The notes: generated by a model not told the origin, from the letters alone. Positions 39,120-53,124 are shown, numbered from the stretch's first letter. The stretch: DNA of 64,000 nucleotides from Carcharhinus amblyrhynchos (GCA_965287045.1 OZ336884.1:45198001-45262000); one strand, 5' to 3'. Program-made: numbers and translations.

Positions 39120-39245
39120 CTGAGAGAGGAGCAGCCGGGTTATTAAGAGCGACAGAGGAGTAATGGGGCCACTAACAATGGAAAAAAAACAGTGAGCCAT
39201 TCACAGCAACAGAGGAGCAATGCGGCCATTAACAGTGAGAGGCCA
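39120..39245. repeat. Degenerate minisatellite of about 29 bp
   Basis: About 4 units like cagaggagcaatgcggccattaacagtga. Confidence 0.5.
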
Positions 39246-39279
39246 GCACCACCCTCATAAGACTGCCACTACACTTTAT

Positions 39280-41395
39280 GAATCCCAGGCAGAGAGGTCC
39301 TCTGAGAAGGAGAAAGTAGGATGGTAGGAGGGCATGTGTGGCCCAGGCCCATACAGCTGAGCCTGGTCTCCAGGTATCTTGAACCTCTTGCCACTGGACC
39401 AAGGCCTTGCTCCGTCAAACTGATGTGGTAGCTGGTGTGCAACGGCAACCCTACATTAAAAGAGCTTACACACAGGCATCTTCCACCTCCTACAACTGGA
39501 ATGTCAGGACCCACATGGTCCATCCTCACAGCAACAGACTTACTGTTGTGACAACTGACAACAGACAACAGACTAACAGCTTACTGTTATCATTGTCCAG
39601 AACCTCAGGCATTTCAACATTTTCAACACTGTCCTTAGTGAGACCCAATGGACAGGGGAAAAGGCACATTGAGGAACAAGGTGGCAATTACACCTTCTTC
39701 TGGAAATGCAAACCAGAAGAAGATCCTGGCGCTACAGAGTTGGCTTTGGCATTGAAAACAAACTTGGTGTTCATGTCAGAGATTCCTCTTGTGGGATAAA
39801 CAAATGTTTCATGACTCTTCACCTCATCCTTGCCCAGACCCAGTGTGCTACAGTCCTTAGTGCCTACACACCAACACTAGAAGCTACAGATGAATCAAAA
39901 GAGGAATTTTACTCCAGCCTCAAACAATCATTGGCCCAAGAACCAACAGGCAACAAGCTGATACTCCTTGGTGCCTTCAGTGACAGAGTTGGAAAAGGCA
40001 CAGATCTCGAGGGAAGTGTAATTCTTGCTACCGTGCTCCACCTCAACCTCAGCAAGCTCCCTACTGGAATGGAGCTAAAGAACAGGAATCTTCACCACCT
40101 GCAGGCCAAATCCAAACTCAACCTCTGTAATTGATCTACAATGTGCAGACAATGCTTTTGTCTGTGCACAATTGGAACCCAAGCTCCAAGCCATCATCAA
40201 CACCTACATCTAGGGATATGAGAGCATGGGCCCTACATTAAATATCCGTAAGACAAAGGTCCCCAACCAACCTGTCCCAGCTGCAGAGTACTGTCCCCTT
40301 GGTTATCAAAATCCATGACAAGGCTTTGGACAGTGTGGATCACTTTCCATAACTTGCAAGCTTACAGTCAACAAGGGTAGACATTAAGCACGAGGTTCAG
40401 CACTGTCTTCAGTGTGCCAGCATAGCTTTTACTCACCTGAAGAAGAAAGTGTATCAGGACCTCAGTCCTGGCATCAAGCTCATGATCTACAGAACAATAA
40501 TGATACCAACCCTCCTAAATGGCTCAGAGACTTGGATTATGTACATCAAGCACCTCAAAACACTGGAAAAGAACCACAGCATTACCCACTCAAGGTCCTG
40601 CAAACCCAGATCAGGAAAGGAGCATCAACATCTCCCTCAAGCCAACATCTCCAGCATCCAAGCATTGACCACAGTTGATTCGCTCCACTGGTGGGTCATT
40701 TTGCTCATATGCTTGACACTAGACTCCCGAAACATATGCTCTACTCGACAGAGTGAACAAGCCACAGGAGGGCAGAGGAAATGCTTCAAGGACACCTTCA
40801 AAGCCTCCTTGAAAAAGTGCAACATCCCCACCGACACCTGGAATCCATGGCACAAGATTACTTGTGTTGGAGAGGAAGGAGTTGAACACCTCGCGTTTCA
40901 TCAACGAGAGCAAGCTAAATCTAAAAGATGTCAATGAAAAGACATTTGGCAACCTGAGTACCCCTCCCACCTGGTCATCCATCTGCCCCACCCGTGACAG
41001 AGAATGTAGGTCGCGCATTGGACTCCTCAGTCCAATTATTTTAATTGCAGAAGACAGTCATCCTCTCATTGGACCGTCATTGGGATGGCACAGTGGCAGA
41101 GCAGTTAGCACTGCTGCCTCACAGCGCCACAGACCCGGGTTCAATTCCAGCCTCAGGTCACTGTCTGTGTGGGTTTCCTCCGGGTGCTCCGGTTTCCTCC
41201 TACACTCCAAAATGAGGTAGACTGGCCATGCTAAATTACCCTGTAGTGTTAGGGGGATTAACAGGGTAAATAAATGGGGTTAAGGGGATGGGGCCTGGGT
41301 GGGATTGTGATCGGTGCAGACTTGATGGGCCAAAGTCCTCCTTCTGCACTGTAGGGGTTCTATCCTCGACTCTGAGGGACTTCCTAGGATGAAAA
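39280..41395 (+). mobile_element. RTE (BovB-like) LINE, internally deleted and degenerate
   Basis: Endonuclease motifs WNVRT, GGNYTFFW and SAYTPTLEATDESKEEFYSSL. Post-RT motifs TLLNGSETW and GGQRKCFKDTFKASLKKCNI, then C-terminal CPTRDRECRSRIGLLS. Confidence 0.85.
41082..41362 (+). mobile_element. HE1-type V-SINE inserted in the RTE 3' end
   Basis: ggatggcacagtggcagagcagttagcactgctgcctcacagcgcc..gggttcaattcc, with a ttcta tail. Confidence 0.85.
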
Positions 41396-41711
41396 AGAAA
41401 TAAAATTAATCACAGACATCGGGACTCCTACTGCATCACAATAATTCAGCCCACAGACTAACCTCCATATCACAGTTTCACTGCTGTGCACCCGTCCTTC
41501 ATTAAAAATACACAGGGTCTGTGAGTCTGTTTACTTTTGCAGAATTGTGATAAGCTCTATATATTTCAGGAACTTAAATCGAAAATTTAACTGCATAAAT
41601 CTGCATATCACCATGTGAACAAAATCGTCCCGTGTTTCACTCAATTGTTAGGTCTGTTTTGAATTGAGCAGTGAGCAGAAGGCAGCACAACCTTGCCAAA
41701 ATAATCAGTGG

Positions 41712-41725
41712 CCACAAGATGGCAG
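41712..41725 (+). promoter_or_regulatory. CTCF-like motif overlapping a YY1-like AAGATGGC
   Basis: TGGCCACAAGATGGCAG in apparently unique DNA. Confidence 0.4.
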
Positions 41726-44700
41726 AAAACCCACATCTAATCAAAAATGGATCACCCCTTAGATAAATTGTGGAGCTCAGATTTGTCCTGGCGAGATGAG
41801 CTTGAGGCAAGTTGCACATTTTGTTTGGTCCATGTTCAACGTTGTAAGTTTTAAAGTTCTTTTTGAGAGAATTTGTGCACTACCCAATCCCCACATTTCT
41901 TTCTCAATGATTATTCTGGCTTAAATTAAACTGTGCTTCCTGATTTATATTTTGTTCAGCTGTCGGCAACAGGCAGCAGATCTCAAGTCTGTGTAATGTG
42001 TCAGAAAATCACAGGCTGTAACAGTGCAGAAATTACAAGACATGAAAGGATTCAATGTTGAGTTATTAATCCAGTATGAGCGCAGTCAATCAAACAGTAA
42101 TTCACTTATTTTATGTGCCACCCTATAGCGACATCAGTTGCTTGCAGTGCGTAATTGCATCACTGCTGAAGAGATTTGTTTCCACACGATACAAAGGCAA
42201 AATCTTCAAGGGCTTGTCATCTGCCTCTATCATAGTTCTTTTTTCTTCAATGTCTCCGCAGTTTCTTCTGAAATTGCTGACAGCTGCTAAGGTATAGTTT
42301 ACTCCCTTCCACTCACAGAAGAGCAGATTCATGGACAGATCATTCAATTACCAACAGGCCTCACAGATGAATCCAACCCTACCTTCAATCAATGTCCAAA
42401 CAAATGCCCTTTCTAGCAGGGATCACTGAGTAGTGAACGGAGCCAGGAACTGCAGCTGATTTTGCTCCTTTCAGGGAATACTAAACACATTCACAGCATT
42501 CTCATCACTGACCCAGCTGAGACCGGCTAAGTCAGCAAAATCTGGGGATCAAACCTAAGCAGTACCTGGACTCTTGTTACTGTGATTTGCGACACAAGGA
42601 AGAAGCTTTTCCTGACACTGTTTTATAGCCAACTAATAAACATGTTCATCATGCTGTTACTACTTTGCTACCAAAGGAAACAGAGAAAATGTTTTTCCAA
42701 TAACGTCTCAACTGCAGCACTCCAGAAGAATAAGTGGAGGAGGTTAAATGTAGCGGTAGGGTTCAGCCACAGCTGTACCATATTCACTGAAGGAAGCTCA
42801 ACAATACAAAAGAAGCTTTGATCTGATCGCCTTCCTGGCTCTTGATTGAAAAATGTCCCCGCGCGTGGAGGATGAAAAGAAAAACACTAAAAAAGGAGAG
42901 CACATTAGCAATTTAAATGGATAAAGGAAGCTTTTTTGTAAAAAAAACTATCTTGGTGTCTTACTGTTTACCAAGCTGCATATGCCAGCAGAGAGGACAA
43001 ACATATATTCTACAGGGCTCTGACAGAGGCTCCCCTTGAAGTGACACCTTAGATGAAGTATGAGTGACCAGTCCCAGGAAAACTCATCTATTCAACTTCC
43101 CCTCCCATCCACCTGCTATCTGATACTTTCTTAGGTAACACAAGGGACAGGGACAGTTGCCTGAAGCATATATCTGCCACTGCTCCTGCCCTAGACATAG
43201 CACAGTGATAGATAGCTGTAGCATGTCTTCAAACCAATTGAAATTGAATTCATTTTTTGAACAACACCCTCAGGTCAATGAGAGTAAATTATAATTTCAG
43301 ATCCTTTTGATTAATTTGTTTGCCCTTGAGTACCAAAACTACATGCCTTCAAAACAAACTTTGCATATATCTAAAGATGTTCCTTAAGGGAAGGGAGGAT
43401 CAGCTTGTTCCAGTGATCTAGTGTGGATGATATTTTCATGAGTTCTTCGCATCTTGACATTCACAGTGAGTGACATGTAATCTTTTATGCCTGCTCATGA
43501 ACTAAAACTATTTTCACTGTTACAGGCACCAACAGATTGAGGCAGGTGTGAAGGGCCAACATAAGCCCCACCCCACCTCAGGTGAGGGTCCTGAAGAAGC
43601 CACCTAGGAAGAACTGTCACTGCACTCTCCTTCATCCTTCACCAGCATAGTGACACACATCTTGGTGAGTCAGGCTCAGGCTCACGTGCTGGAGAAAACT
43701 TCACTGACGTGTCTCCACAGCAGTTGGAAGCAGGGACAGTCCAGGTCTCCTGCACTCAGAGGGCTGCTGGAGATCAGTCACCCACTCAGAGTTAGACGAT
43801 TAACCTCAGTGATTTGCCAGACACAACACTGAAAATGCAAATGCCAAGGAACATTAGGCAATCACTCAGCAGACTAGAGTGAAGGATGGAGACTCCATCT
43901 GCTTTCCTTCTGATGTTGTAGCTCCAACATCTGAATGTCTCAAGGTCACTGTGGAAAGGTTGATGACCACCATGGACACCTTGGCCCAGTATGTTTTGCT
44001 GGATTTGGGCTCAGTCCTTGACTCTGTAGTCACATATACTGGCAGGAATGAAGTGTGTCTAGGCAATAAGGGATTGGGACATTTTGACCACCCTCTAGGT
44101 GCCCCTTCTTCACAAGGTTTCAGGGAGCAGTGCTTGGGCATCCACTGGGGAAGAGCATCAGCTGACATTCCCAGGTGTTCACTCAGGACACACCAAGGAT
44201 ATCCAGCCACTCAGAATCCTCTCTGTCTGTGACCACATTCATCCCAGTTGCTCTGACCAAGGAGGGTACTTCTGCTCCTGAGCATGAGACCCTTATCAGG
44301 CCAGGGCCCTCCAGGCCTCAGGCAACCAGAAGATGTCTGCCAAGTTCATCACAGATGGCAGGATGTAGCAGTTGGCGGCAGATTATCTCCACCTCTACTG
44401 CAGATGTTGGGGCTGCACCGAAGACAGTGGTAGGGTTAAAAAATTTAAGAAATACTGAAATCACTTTGGTTATAGTTGTGCAACCACTTTGTAAAGATTG
44501 CACTTTTGTTAATACCTTTTGTTTCATGTGAGTGGTTTGATCAGTTAGAGACCTGTTAATTTATGTACATTATCATCTTATTGTGAAATTTAACCTTCCT
44601 TGAGCTTCATGTGATATCAACTGTACTGAAGGTAGTTGCCGGCTCTTTGTGTTTTGTCTGGTAGATGAGTAAAAATCTTTATTAGAAATGTGTGCTACAT

Positions 44701-45119
44701 GCATTTGTAACATGGGTCTGCTCATGATACACCATTGTATGAAGCAGCTTAGCATCCTTTAAGGATGAGAGGCAGTTGCATCTCCTTGGTGGTAGTACCA
44801 AAGGACAAGACCTGAACAAGAGGATGATATCCCCAACCATGTCCTCATCTCACTGGCTACTGTAATTTATCATTAATGTGGTGACAACTGCATCAAATTA
44901 GTGACGCCGTGTTCTGCTGTCAACTTTCACTTTCCAGAGTGAGTGCATATGAGGCTCACCACTGACTTTCTCAGAAGTCATGACTTGATGTATCGTGAGG
45001 TTAGATGGTGTAGGTCTGAACACTGAATTCGGTCTTGATGTGACTGTTTGAACATCACTCAATACAATGGAATGGCATTAAGGAATAGGAAGAATATGGT
45101 ATCTTTTATTATCTTCACT

Positions 45120-46520
45120 TTACTTCCCTTGTAATCTAGTGGCAATTAAAGTAGCATAGACATGTCCTCTATGTTGTGCTTCCTTAATGGAATCATCCCT
45201 TAGAAGCTTACCCCCATCATGCTCTTCAGGTTCCATGTCCTTCTGCCCTTCATCCTCCAAGGAGCTCTCATTCTGCTCAATTTCTCTCTGCAGCAAGGGC
45301 TCACCTCTTTGCAGCACCAGGTTATGAAGGGCACCACATACAATGATGTGGGAGACCATGACTGGAATATACAGCAGATTTCCATCTAAACATTGAGGGA
45401 ACCAAGTGTATGGTGTCGAAATTTGCTGATGACACCAAGATTGGTGGAACGGCAAATTGTGCAGAGGGTGTGGAGAGTCTGCAGAAGGATCTAGATAGGC
45501 TGGGCGAATGGGCCAGGAATTGGCAAATGAAATTTAATGTTGGCAAGTGTGAGGTTGTCCACTTTGGTAGAAATAATGGTAGGAAGGACTATTACTTACG
45601 TGACAAAAAACTGCAGCATGCGACGGTGCAGAGGGACCTCGGGGTCCTTGTGCATGAGTCGCAAAAACCCAGCCTGCAGGTGCAGCAGGTGGTCAGGAAG
45701 GCGAATGGCATGCTGGCCTTCATAGCGAGGGGGATTGAATATAAAAGTAGGGAGGTCTTGCTGTAGCTGTATAGGGCACTGGTGAGGCCGCAGCTGAAGT
45801 ACTGTGTGCAGTTTTGGTCGCCGCACTTAAGCAAAGATATTTTGGTCTTGGAGGGAGTGCAGAGGAGGTTTACTAGGCTGATTCCGGAGTTGAGGGGGTT
45901 GAACTATGAGGAGAGGCTGAATAAGCTAGGCTTGTACTCGTTAGAGTTTAGAAGAATGAGGGGAGATCTCATTGAGGCGTATAAGATGTTGAATGGGATG
46001 GATAGGATAGAGGTGGAGAGGCTCTTCCCGCTCAGAAAGGACAGTAGGACTAGAGGGCACAGCCTCAAGATAAAGGGGGGGCGGTTTAGAACGGAGTTGA
46101 GGAGGAACTTCTTCACTCAAAGGGTGGTGAATCTCTGGAATTCTCTGCCCGTTGAAGTGGTGGAGGCTGCCTCGCTCAATATTTTTAAGACGCGGGTTGA
46201 TAGGTTTTTGATAGGCAAGGGGATTAAGGGTTATGGGGAGAGGGCGGGAATGTGGAACTGAGCCACTCCAGATCAGCCATGATCTTATTGAATGGCGGGG
46301 CAGGCTTGAGGGGCTAGATGGCCTACTCCTGCTCCTATTTCTTATGTTCTTATGTCTCGAGATATGAACTGTGTTCTGATTCTCATCTGAGGAACTCTGA
46401 GGCCAATACCAGGTGTCACAAGACAGCATTTCAGTGGGTACCCCTTATCTCCAAGTCACCATCCCTACAGACAATCAGTCTCTTTGAATATGTGAGGCAC
46501 TTGAGGATGACTCAGGATAG
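45120..46520 (-). pseudogene. Harbinger (HARBI1-like DDE) transposase remnant, interrupted by CR1
   Basis: 46520-46410 reads ILSHPQVPHIF..GW*LGDKGYPLKCCLVTP. 45392-45120 reads CLDGNLLYIPVMVSHIIVCGALHNLVLQRGE plus an acidic tail. Confidence 0.8.
45398..46355 (+). mobile_element. Young CR1 LINE fragment from RT core to 3' end
   Basis: SKFADDTK..QMKFNVGKC..QRDLGV, one stop at 45764-45766, then an intact frame to GMWN and a (TTCTTATG)n tail. Confidence 0.95.
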
Positions 46521-48059
46521 GCACTGCCCAGCCATGCCCCTGACGATCTGGGATTCCAATGGATTCAGAGCACAAGCATCAACCCCCCCAACCCCCACGT
46601 GCCCCCCTCCCCAAACCAGTGTGGCCATCATGCCTGGTCTCCATTTGTGAAGACCAGCAGTGATTCCTGACAACCCGGGATCTGGATGAATCTGGCTAAA
46701 ACCTAGAAATGCATATCTAAATTAAGATTTAAATATGCAGATCTGATTCACACTCATGCTGTGTGTGAACCAGATTATGCTGCCTTGGGGGGTGGGGACA
46801 ATCCCAAAAGGGGCTCTCCCTGGTGCAAATTGCATAATGGCCCCTCTCACAAAATTCTCTGGCTATGAGCTCTGCATGGATGCGTGGGGCCAGAGAGTTT
46901 CCCCCTTCCTTCATGACTCTCTGTGTGACCCATCCTTCTTATTCCACACCTACACTCTCTTCCCTACCACTCAATCTCCCTCTGCCAACATTCCCTCTGT
47001 CCCCCAACTCCTTGCGATGCTTTCTTGCCTCTTTACCCCCCATTTGTCTGTTAACTTCCCGCCAGCCCCCTCTCCCTCAGTCACAATTCTGGTCTCTGTT
47101 TGAGTACAGTCCTGCCTGAGTACCACTGCACAGGGGCAGGAAGGCATTACAAGGGGCTGGCAGTGGGAGAGAGGAGGAGGGGTGGGAGAGAGGAGGAGGG
47201 GTGGGAGTGGGGGAAGCACCCACTAGGAACAGACCAACCCTACACACCCAGCAATGTGGCATTCCACTGACATCGCAATAAACTCAGCAGAACACTCCAA
47301 CAGGTAGACTATGAATGCTACATTCACTTCCATGTTATGAAAGAAGTGAGCTCTGAATATGGCATGCCACTCCTTTTCATACGTGACCCAGACTGGCATG
47401 AGTTCCCACTGGCATAACACAAGATTAGAAGGTGCTGCATATTTCTGGTGAGAAGCATATTTAATGAGCATTCATGACTGGTAATAAGTGCAAATAGTGT
47501 TCACGTCTCTAGTCAGTGAGATACCCACTCCACCATCAATCAGCCAGCAAACAGTTGTCAGGAGCATCACAAACTCTAAACACCGGTGGAAATCCAAATT
47601 TTTGACTCTCACCAAACTTTCCACTTTCACGTGTCATAAAACCTACCACAGGCAGGATGGGAAAGTTCCGCCCTTTGTGTTTCAGATTGAACCTTTCATC
47701 AGAACTGAATTCAAACATGATGAATTTTCACTTGTATCAAGTCTGTTTAGTGTTTGTTGAGGAGACTTAATTTGACTGTGGGGTGATCTGTGAATAAATA
47801 TTATCCTGTACATGATGTTGGCTTGCAAGCATCTACAGTTCAAAGTGAAAAGACCATTATCACAATTAAGTGAGATTGGCAAGTGGTGCAGGACATTAAT
47901 AAGGAATGTAGAAGAGCATACCAAGGGCAATATACCGAGTATACTGAGAATGAGGTGCCAACCTGGTGAGGTTCCAGTGCAGAATACATGCATGTTAAAC
48001 CATAGACGCAGCATACTATAAACAGAACTAAAGAATTCCATAACAAATCAATCCAAACA

Positions 48060-50040
48060 AAGCTCTGCAGCTCTGCCAGCTGTAAATGGTTGAGGACAAT
48101 TAAACAACTAACAGAAGGAGGTGGTCCATAAACATCATCATAATTAATGGTGGCTGAGTTCAGGACATGAATACAAAAGATAAGGCTGAGGTGTTTGTAA
48201 TAATCTTCAACCAGAAGTGCTGAGTAGGTGATCCAGTTTGGCCTCCTCCTGAGGTCACCAACATCACAGATGCCATAACTTGATTTGCTCTGTATCATGT
48301 CAAGAAATGCTTAAGTGCATTGGATACAGCAACGGCAATGAACCCTGAAACTACCTGGCTGTGGTGCTAAAGGCTTGTGCTGCAGGGTTAGGCTAGCTGT
48401 TCCAGTACAGCTAAAACATTGGCATCTATTTTATCATTTGGAAAATTGCTCAGGTGTGTCCTGCTCACAAAGAGTAGGACAAACGTAATTTGGTCAATTA
48501 CTGTCCCATGAGACCACTCTCAGTCATTAGCAAAATGGTGTTGTTGACAGTGCAAATAAGTGACATTTTTACTCTCCAGTGACTGCTTGCTGATACTCTG
48601 AGTTCTGCAGGACCACTTGGCACCAGGCCTCATTACAACCTTGGTCCAAACATAGGGAACAGTGTAGAAATCCAGAGGTGAAAATGACTGCCCTTGATAT
48701 CAAAGCTGCATTTGACTGAGTGTGGCATCATGGAGCTCTGGTAAAAAATGAAGTCATAGAATCACAGAATGGTTGCAACACAGAAAAAGCCCTTTGCCAT
48801 GGCTGGGCCAGCTCTGTGAAAAAGCACATTAGCCAGTGCACTCCCCTGCTCTTTCCCAATTGTCTGGCAAATTCCTTCTCCAATTCCCTTTTAAAGCTCT
48901 GATTAGATCTTCCTCTATCATACTCTCAAGTAGCACATGCCAGATTGTAACCACTCACTGCATGAAGAAGATTTTCTCTGTTGGTTCATTAAATTGGTGT
49001 CCGAAGGAACTTAACCCTTCTGCCAGTCACTGGCATTTAGGAGAAGATTCTCCACAGCTGGAGTGATACTCAGTACAAAAAAAAAGACAGTTATGGTTAT
49101 TGGAGGCCAATCATCACAACCCCATGATATGATTGGAGGAATTCTTGAGGGAGTGTTCTAGGATGAACCATCTTCAGCTGCTTCATCATTGACCTTCCCT
49201 CCATCATAAGATCAGAAGTGGGGACGGTCACAGATGATTGTACTGTGTCTGGTTCCATTCTGATCTACTCAGATAATAAGGCAGTATATGTCTGTATGCA
49301 GCAAGACCTGGACAACATTCAGGCTTGGGCTGGTAAGTGGCAAGTGACATTCAGGCCACAATAATACTAGCTAATATCCAAATCCAACTGGGCAGCATTA
49401 CCATTGTTGAATGCTCTACCATCAAGATCTCAGGGACTACCAGTGACCAGAAACTAAACTTGGAAAACCAAGTAAATACTGTTGCTACAATGATAGACTG
49501 GATATTCTGTGGTGAGTAACTCATGTTCTGACACCCCAGATCATTTCCACTATCAGCAAGTTATAAGTCAGGAGTTTGTTGGAATGCTCTCCACTTGCCT
49601 GGACGAACACAGCACCAACAACAAAGAAGTTCATTATCCAGGACAAAACAGCCTGCTTGACTGGCACCCCATGCACCATCTTAAAGATTCACTCCCTCCA
49701 CCACAGATGCATCATGGTTGCAGTTTGTACAATATACAAGATTGATTGAAGCAACTCCTTTAACAGCACCTTCCAAACCTATGCCAGTTGGGATCCATTG
49801 TCACGAAGGACAAGGTCAGCAAGTGCATAGGAATACCATCACTGCAAATTTTCCACTATGTTACACACCATTGTGACTTCAAAATATATCATCCTTTCAT
49901 TGTTGCTCATCAAATTATGGAATCCCGAATAATTAGCACTGTGGATGGATTTACAATATGTCACTACCATCTTCCCAAGGACAAGAAGGGTTGGGTAAAG
50001 ACCTACCAATGATGCCCACATCCTATGAATGAATTAAATA
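48060..50040 (+). mobile_element. Old CR1/L2-group LINE, with a minus CR1 3' piece nested at about 48755-49020
   Basis: Broken frames WKIAQVCPAHK, NYCP, ALDIKAAFD*VWH, TDDCTV and MQQDLDNIQAW. Tail gatgcccacatcctatgaatgaatt. Confidence 0.75.
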
Positions 50041-53000
50041 ATAAAAAAATGATGACCAAACAATGAAAACAGTATATTTGAGGAAATCTATCAGAAAATT
50101 AGAATTGGGGAACTTTTGTTTCATAGCAATATAAAGTAGAATGAAATACTATACAAGAATATTCTGATCATTTGGGTTTGGGTATTGTCTCTATTTCCTA
50201 TATTAAATTGAAGATATAGGGTACGGCATGGGGAAGAATGCTCTAGGATTACAGTTCCCTCATTTTTTGCAGCCATCCACATGACAAATACAATTATTCC
50301 TTGATCAGATAGACGATGCTTTTCTGCCAATGCAATGGTCCTTCTGAACTGCAACTAAATTTTCTCCATCATTTTTGTTGGACACCAATTTCTCTTCATT
50401 AAATTACACACTTGATAAATACTTTCATTCATACCAAACCAAAAAAACCTCAATTATGGGCACACAATATCAACTACATTGATGAATTGACAATTAATGT
50501 ATGCCAATACTTACAAGATTTTGCTACTAGACATGTTACCTAGCAACCTGTGTTGCCTATGGTTAAATTAATCAGTTTTTCAATTTGTTTCTGATTCTTT
50601 CGACAAATTGCAGAGACTTAAAGGTTAAACTTTTATCAGGTTTGCTATATTGTACAAGGAAAGCATGTAATAAGGACAATCAAGCTTGATACATAGGAAC
50701 AAGTTTTACATCACATGGTATTTAGAATGAAAACTATCTCATGACAAAGCCAAAAAAAAGTAGCTTGAAAGGGCAAAGGTTGCCTCTCTTCTATTCATCC
50801 ATTACACATTTTCCCTCCCTTTTCATTTCACCACATAAGATCTATCATTCTTCACTAGTTGAAGTAGTTAAATCTCCTGTTGCCACTTGTTGTACATTTT
50901 TTAAAGGCAATTATCATCACAATGTTTACTAACACAAAGAAAGAATAAAACCACCAAGGAGATCATGTGGCTCATTGTGCCTGTGTTGACTCTGCTCAAG
51001 TGAGAGGTAAGAGATTTGAATAGGTAAGGATTAGTCAGATTGGTCTGATGGCCAAGCTTAACACTTCCAGTAGCAAGTTAATGGGGATTGGAATTTCAGT
51101 GTGCGAGAAACTTGGGACATAGATCCATCTCCCAATAGGCTGCAGCACAGCACATTGGAGCTTCACACCACAGTTTGATGACATAAAATTCATAAGATTG
51201 AAGATATTGGGTAATGTATTGATTGAACTGAGGAAGTTGTGAAGAGTTTTAGCTTGTGAACAATCTTCACATTTCATTAATGTTAGTGAAGTAAAAGTAA
51301 AGCTGAGCCTTGCACTTCATGTGAAAAAATACAATTAGATGGTATTCTTCTTTGTTGAAAGGAAAATAAATAACCTACCGTCTCTGATCTGCATTTTATC
51401 TCATCATACTACTTTCCAGAAGCTGGTGTTTGGTTCTGGTTCTTGCATCCACACTTACCTCAATGCCACAATTTGCCACCTTTTTTTAAAGTTAGCAATC
51501 ACAGATCACACAGCTGCCAAGTTTTACATATTAAATTCAGTAAGTTTATCAGTGAAGGTGAACCAGTTTTCCTCTCTCTTTCCCTCACAACCCTAACTCA
51601 ATCACATCCTTAGCTTGCCAGATACCATTGGGCTAATAGTCCTGGTCATATGGTTTGAGAATAATTTATTTTTGCATGTCATATTTAAGATAAATGTTTT
51701 TAAAAAAATTGTAATGCAAGAATGCAAATTAGGCATGGAAGTAAAATGTGACAAAGTCAATGAGATTGCTGTTATGTGGTAAGATTGTGAAAACTTGGAG
51801 TACTGAATGTGCCACATCTGAAAATCTATGATAGGTCTTATGATCTATCACTTCAGTTGGATGAATCTAGTCCTCATTTCCTCTTCTGAGATATTTGTTA
51901 AATCACTGGCTATAATGTTTAGTTTTGTTTCAACAGCAATAATTCGGCCATATTTTGTAAAACACGAAGACAATGTCAAATGTGTTTTCCATTTGTCCCG
52001 TCTTTGGGGTACAATTTTGCTTGCTGGCCAAAGAAAGCATCCCATTCAATTCCACTGAAATTATGAAAATAGGAGATGTAACAGAAGACCAATCCAAAAT
52101 GCCAATTTATACACATGTAACAAGTTGAAAATGAAGTGTCAAGTCGGCATCCATCTTAGGTTTTAATGATTGACTTTTTAATTCTTCCTTATTTGTGCAT
52201 GTTTAAGATATGGAATGTCACAATAAGAATATTTATGCACACATTGACGCCTTAAGAAAGGATGGAAATTTCATGCTGTCCACATGTTGACAGCAACTGC
52301 AAATGTGCCAAGTCTTCGGTTTATGTAGAAAACTCTCTGGAGCCAATATTCATTTTACAAGAAGCTGTGACCTACTGTTCAGAACTAAGCACCAAATTAA
52401 ATTATTGGCTTATTTAAAAGTTATGTTTTGCATAGGAACTCAAACAGAAACATCATAAAATGCATTTTGATTCACAAAATATCTTCTGTCCTTACCATTC
52501 CAAAGGACAGCAGGTTCCAAGGAAGCCCATCTCTCTTTCTAAGCTGCATTTTAAAACTGTATGTGACTGCATTTTGTGGAATAATAGAAAAGAACCTGAC
52601 CATGGACACTGCAGCATTTCTTTTTGTTTCAGCATGCAGACATTTTTTTTTATTTCAGAGAGATTTAGGGTGCAATGATTCAGTTGGGTTTCTAATTTCA
52701 AGGTCGGAAACTCAATGATCAGAGTCAATCTGATTAGTGGAAGGAGATTGAGAGTCAAACCTGGGATAGATTAAAATGACAGCATTGATCTTTTATAATT
52801 TCAAACCTTTCTGTAGATGCAGATGCTCTTTACTGGCTCTAAGTACTGTGCCTCAGTCACTGACATTTATAATTTCAGTAAGATAGACAACATTTTAATT
52901 CTATCCATGTTGTTCACTTAATACTGCACACAGTTGTTATTTTTTTCTTGTAAACCTCTGGTCAATTTTCATTTCTCTCTAATGTGCTGACTCTTGGGTG

Positions 53001-53124
53001 CTTACAGTTCCTTTTGTGAGATGTCTGCATCATGAACAGTGAGTAGCATGGCAGGCAAACAGTCTGATTCTCAACTGGTATAATACTGCAATACTTCATT
53101 ATTTGAGGCCACACTTAAAAGTAC

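Larger units (their letters stand above)
43500..47673. mobile_element. Decayed Harbinger transposon body
   Basis: Contains the transposase remnant, a probable decayed plus-strand accessory-gene region at 43500-44460 (tentative) and a right TIR gggaaagttccgccc ending at 47673. The left end is unclear. Confidence 0.5.

Noticed and set aside
39120-39245. CRISPR-like periodicity
   Set aside because: The units are degenerate tandem repeats without unique spacers, there are no cas genes, and the DNA is eukaryotic.
52430-52560. Possible plus-strand exon after ttttgcatag (ELKQKHHKMHFD...)
   Set aside because: No recognisable protein, an uncertain donor and no supporting neighbouring exons.
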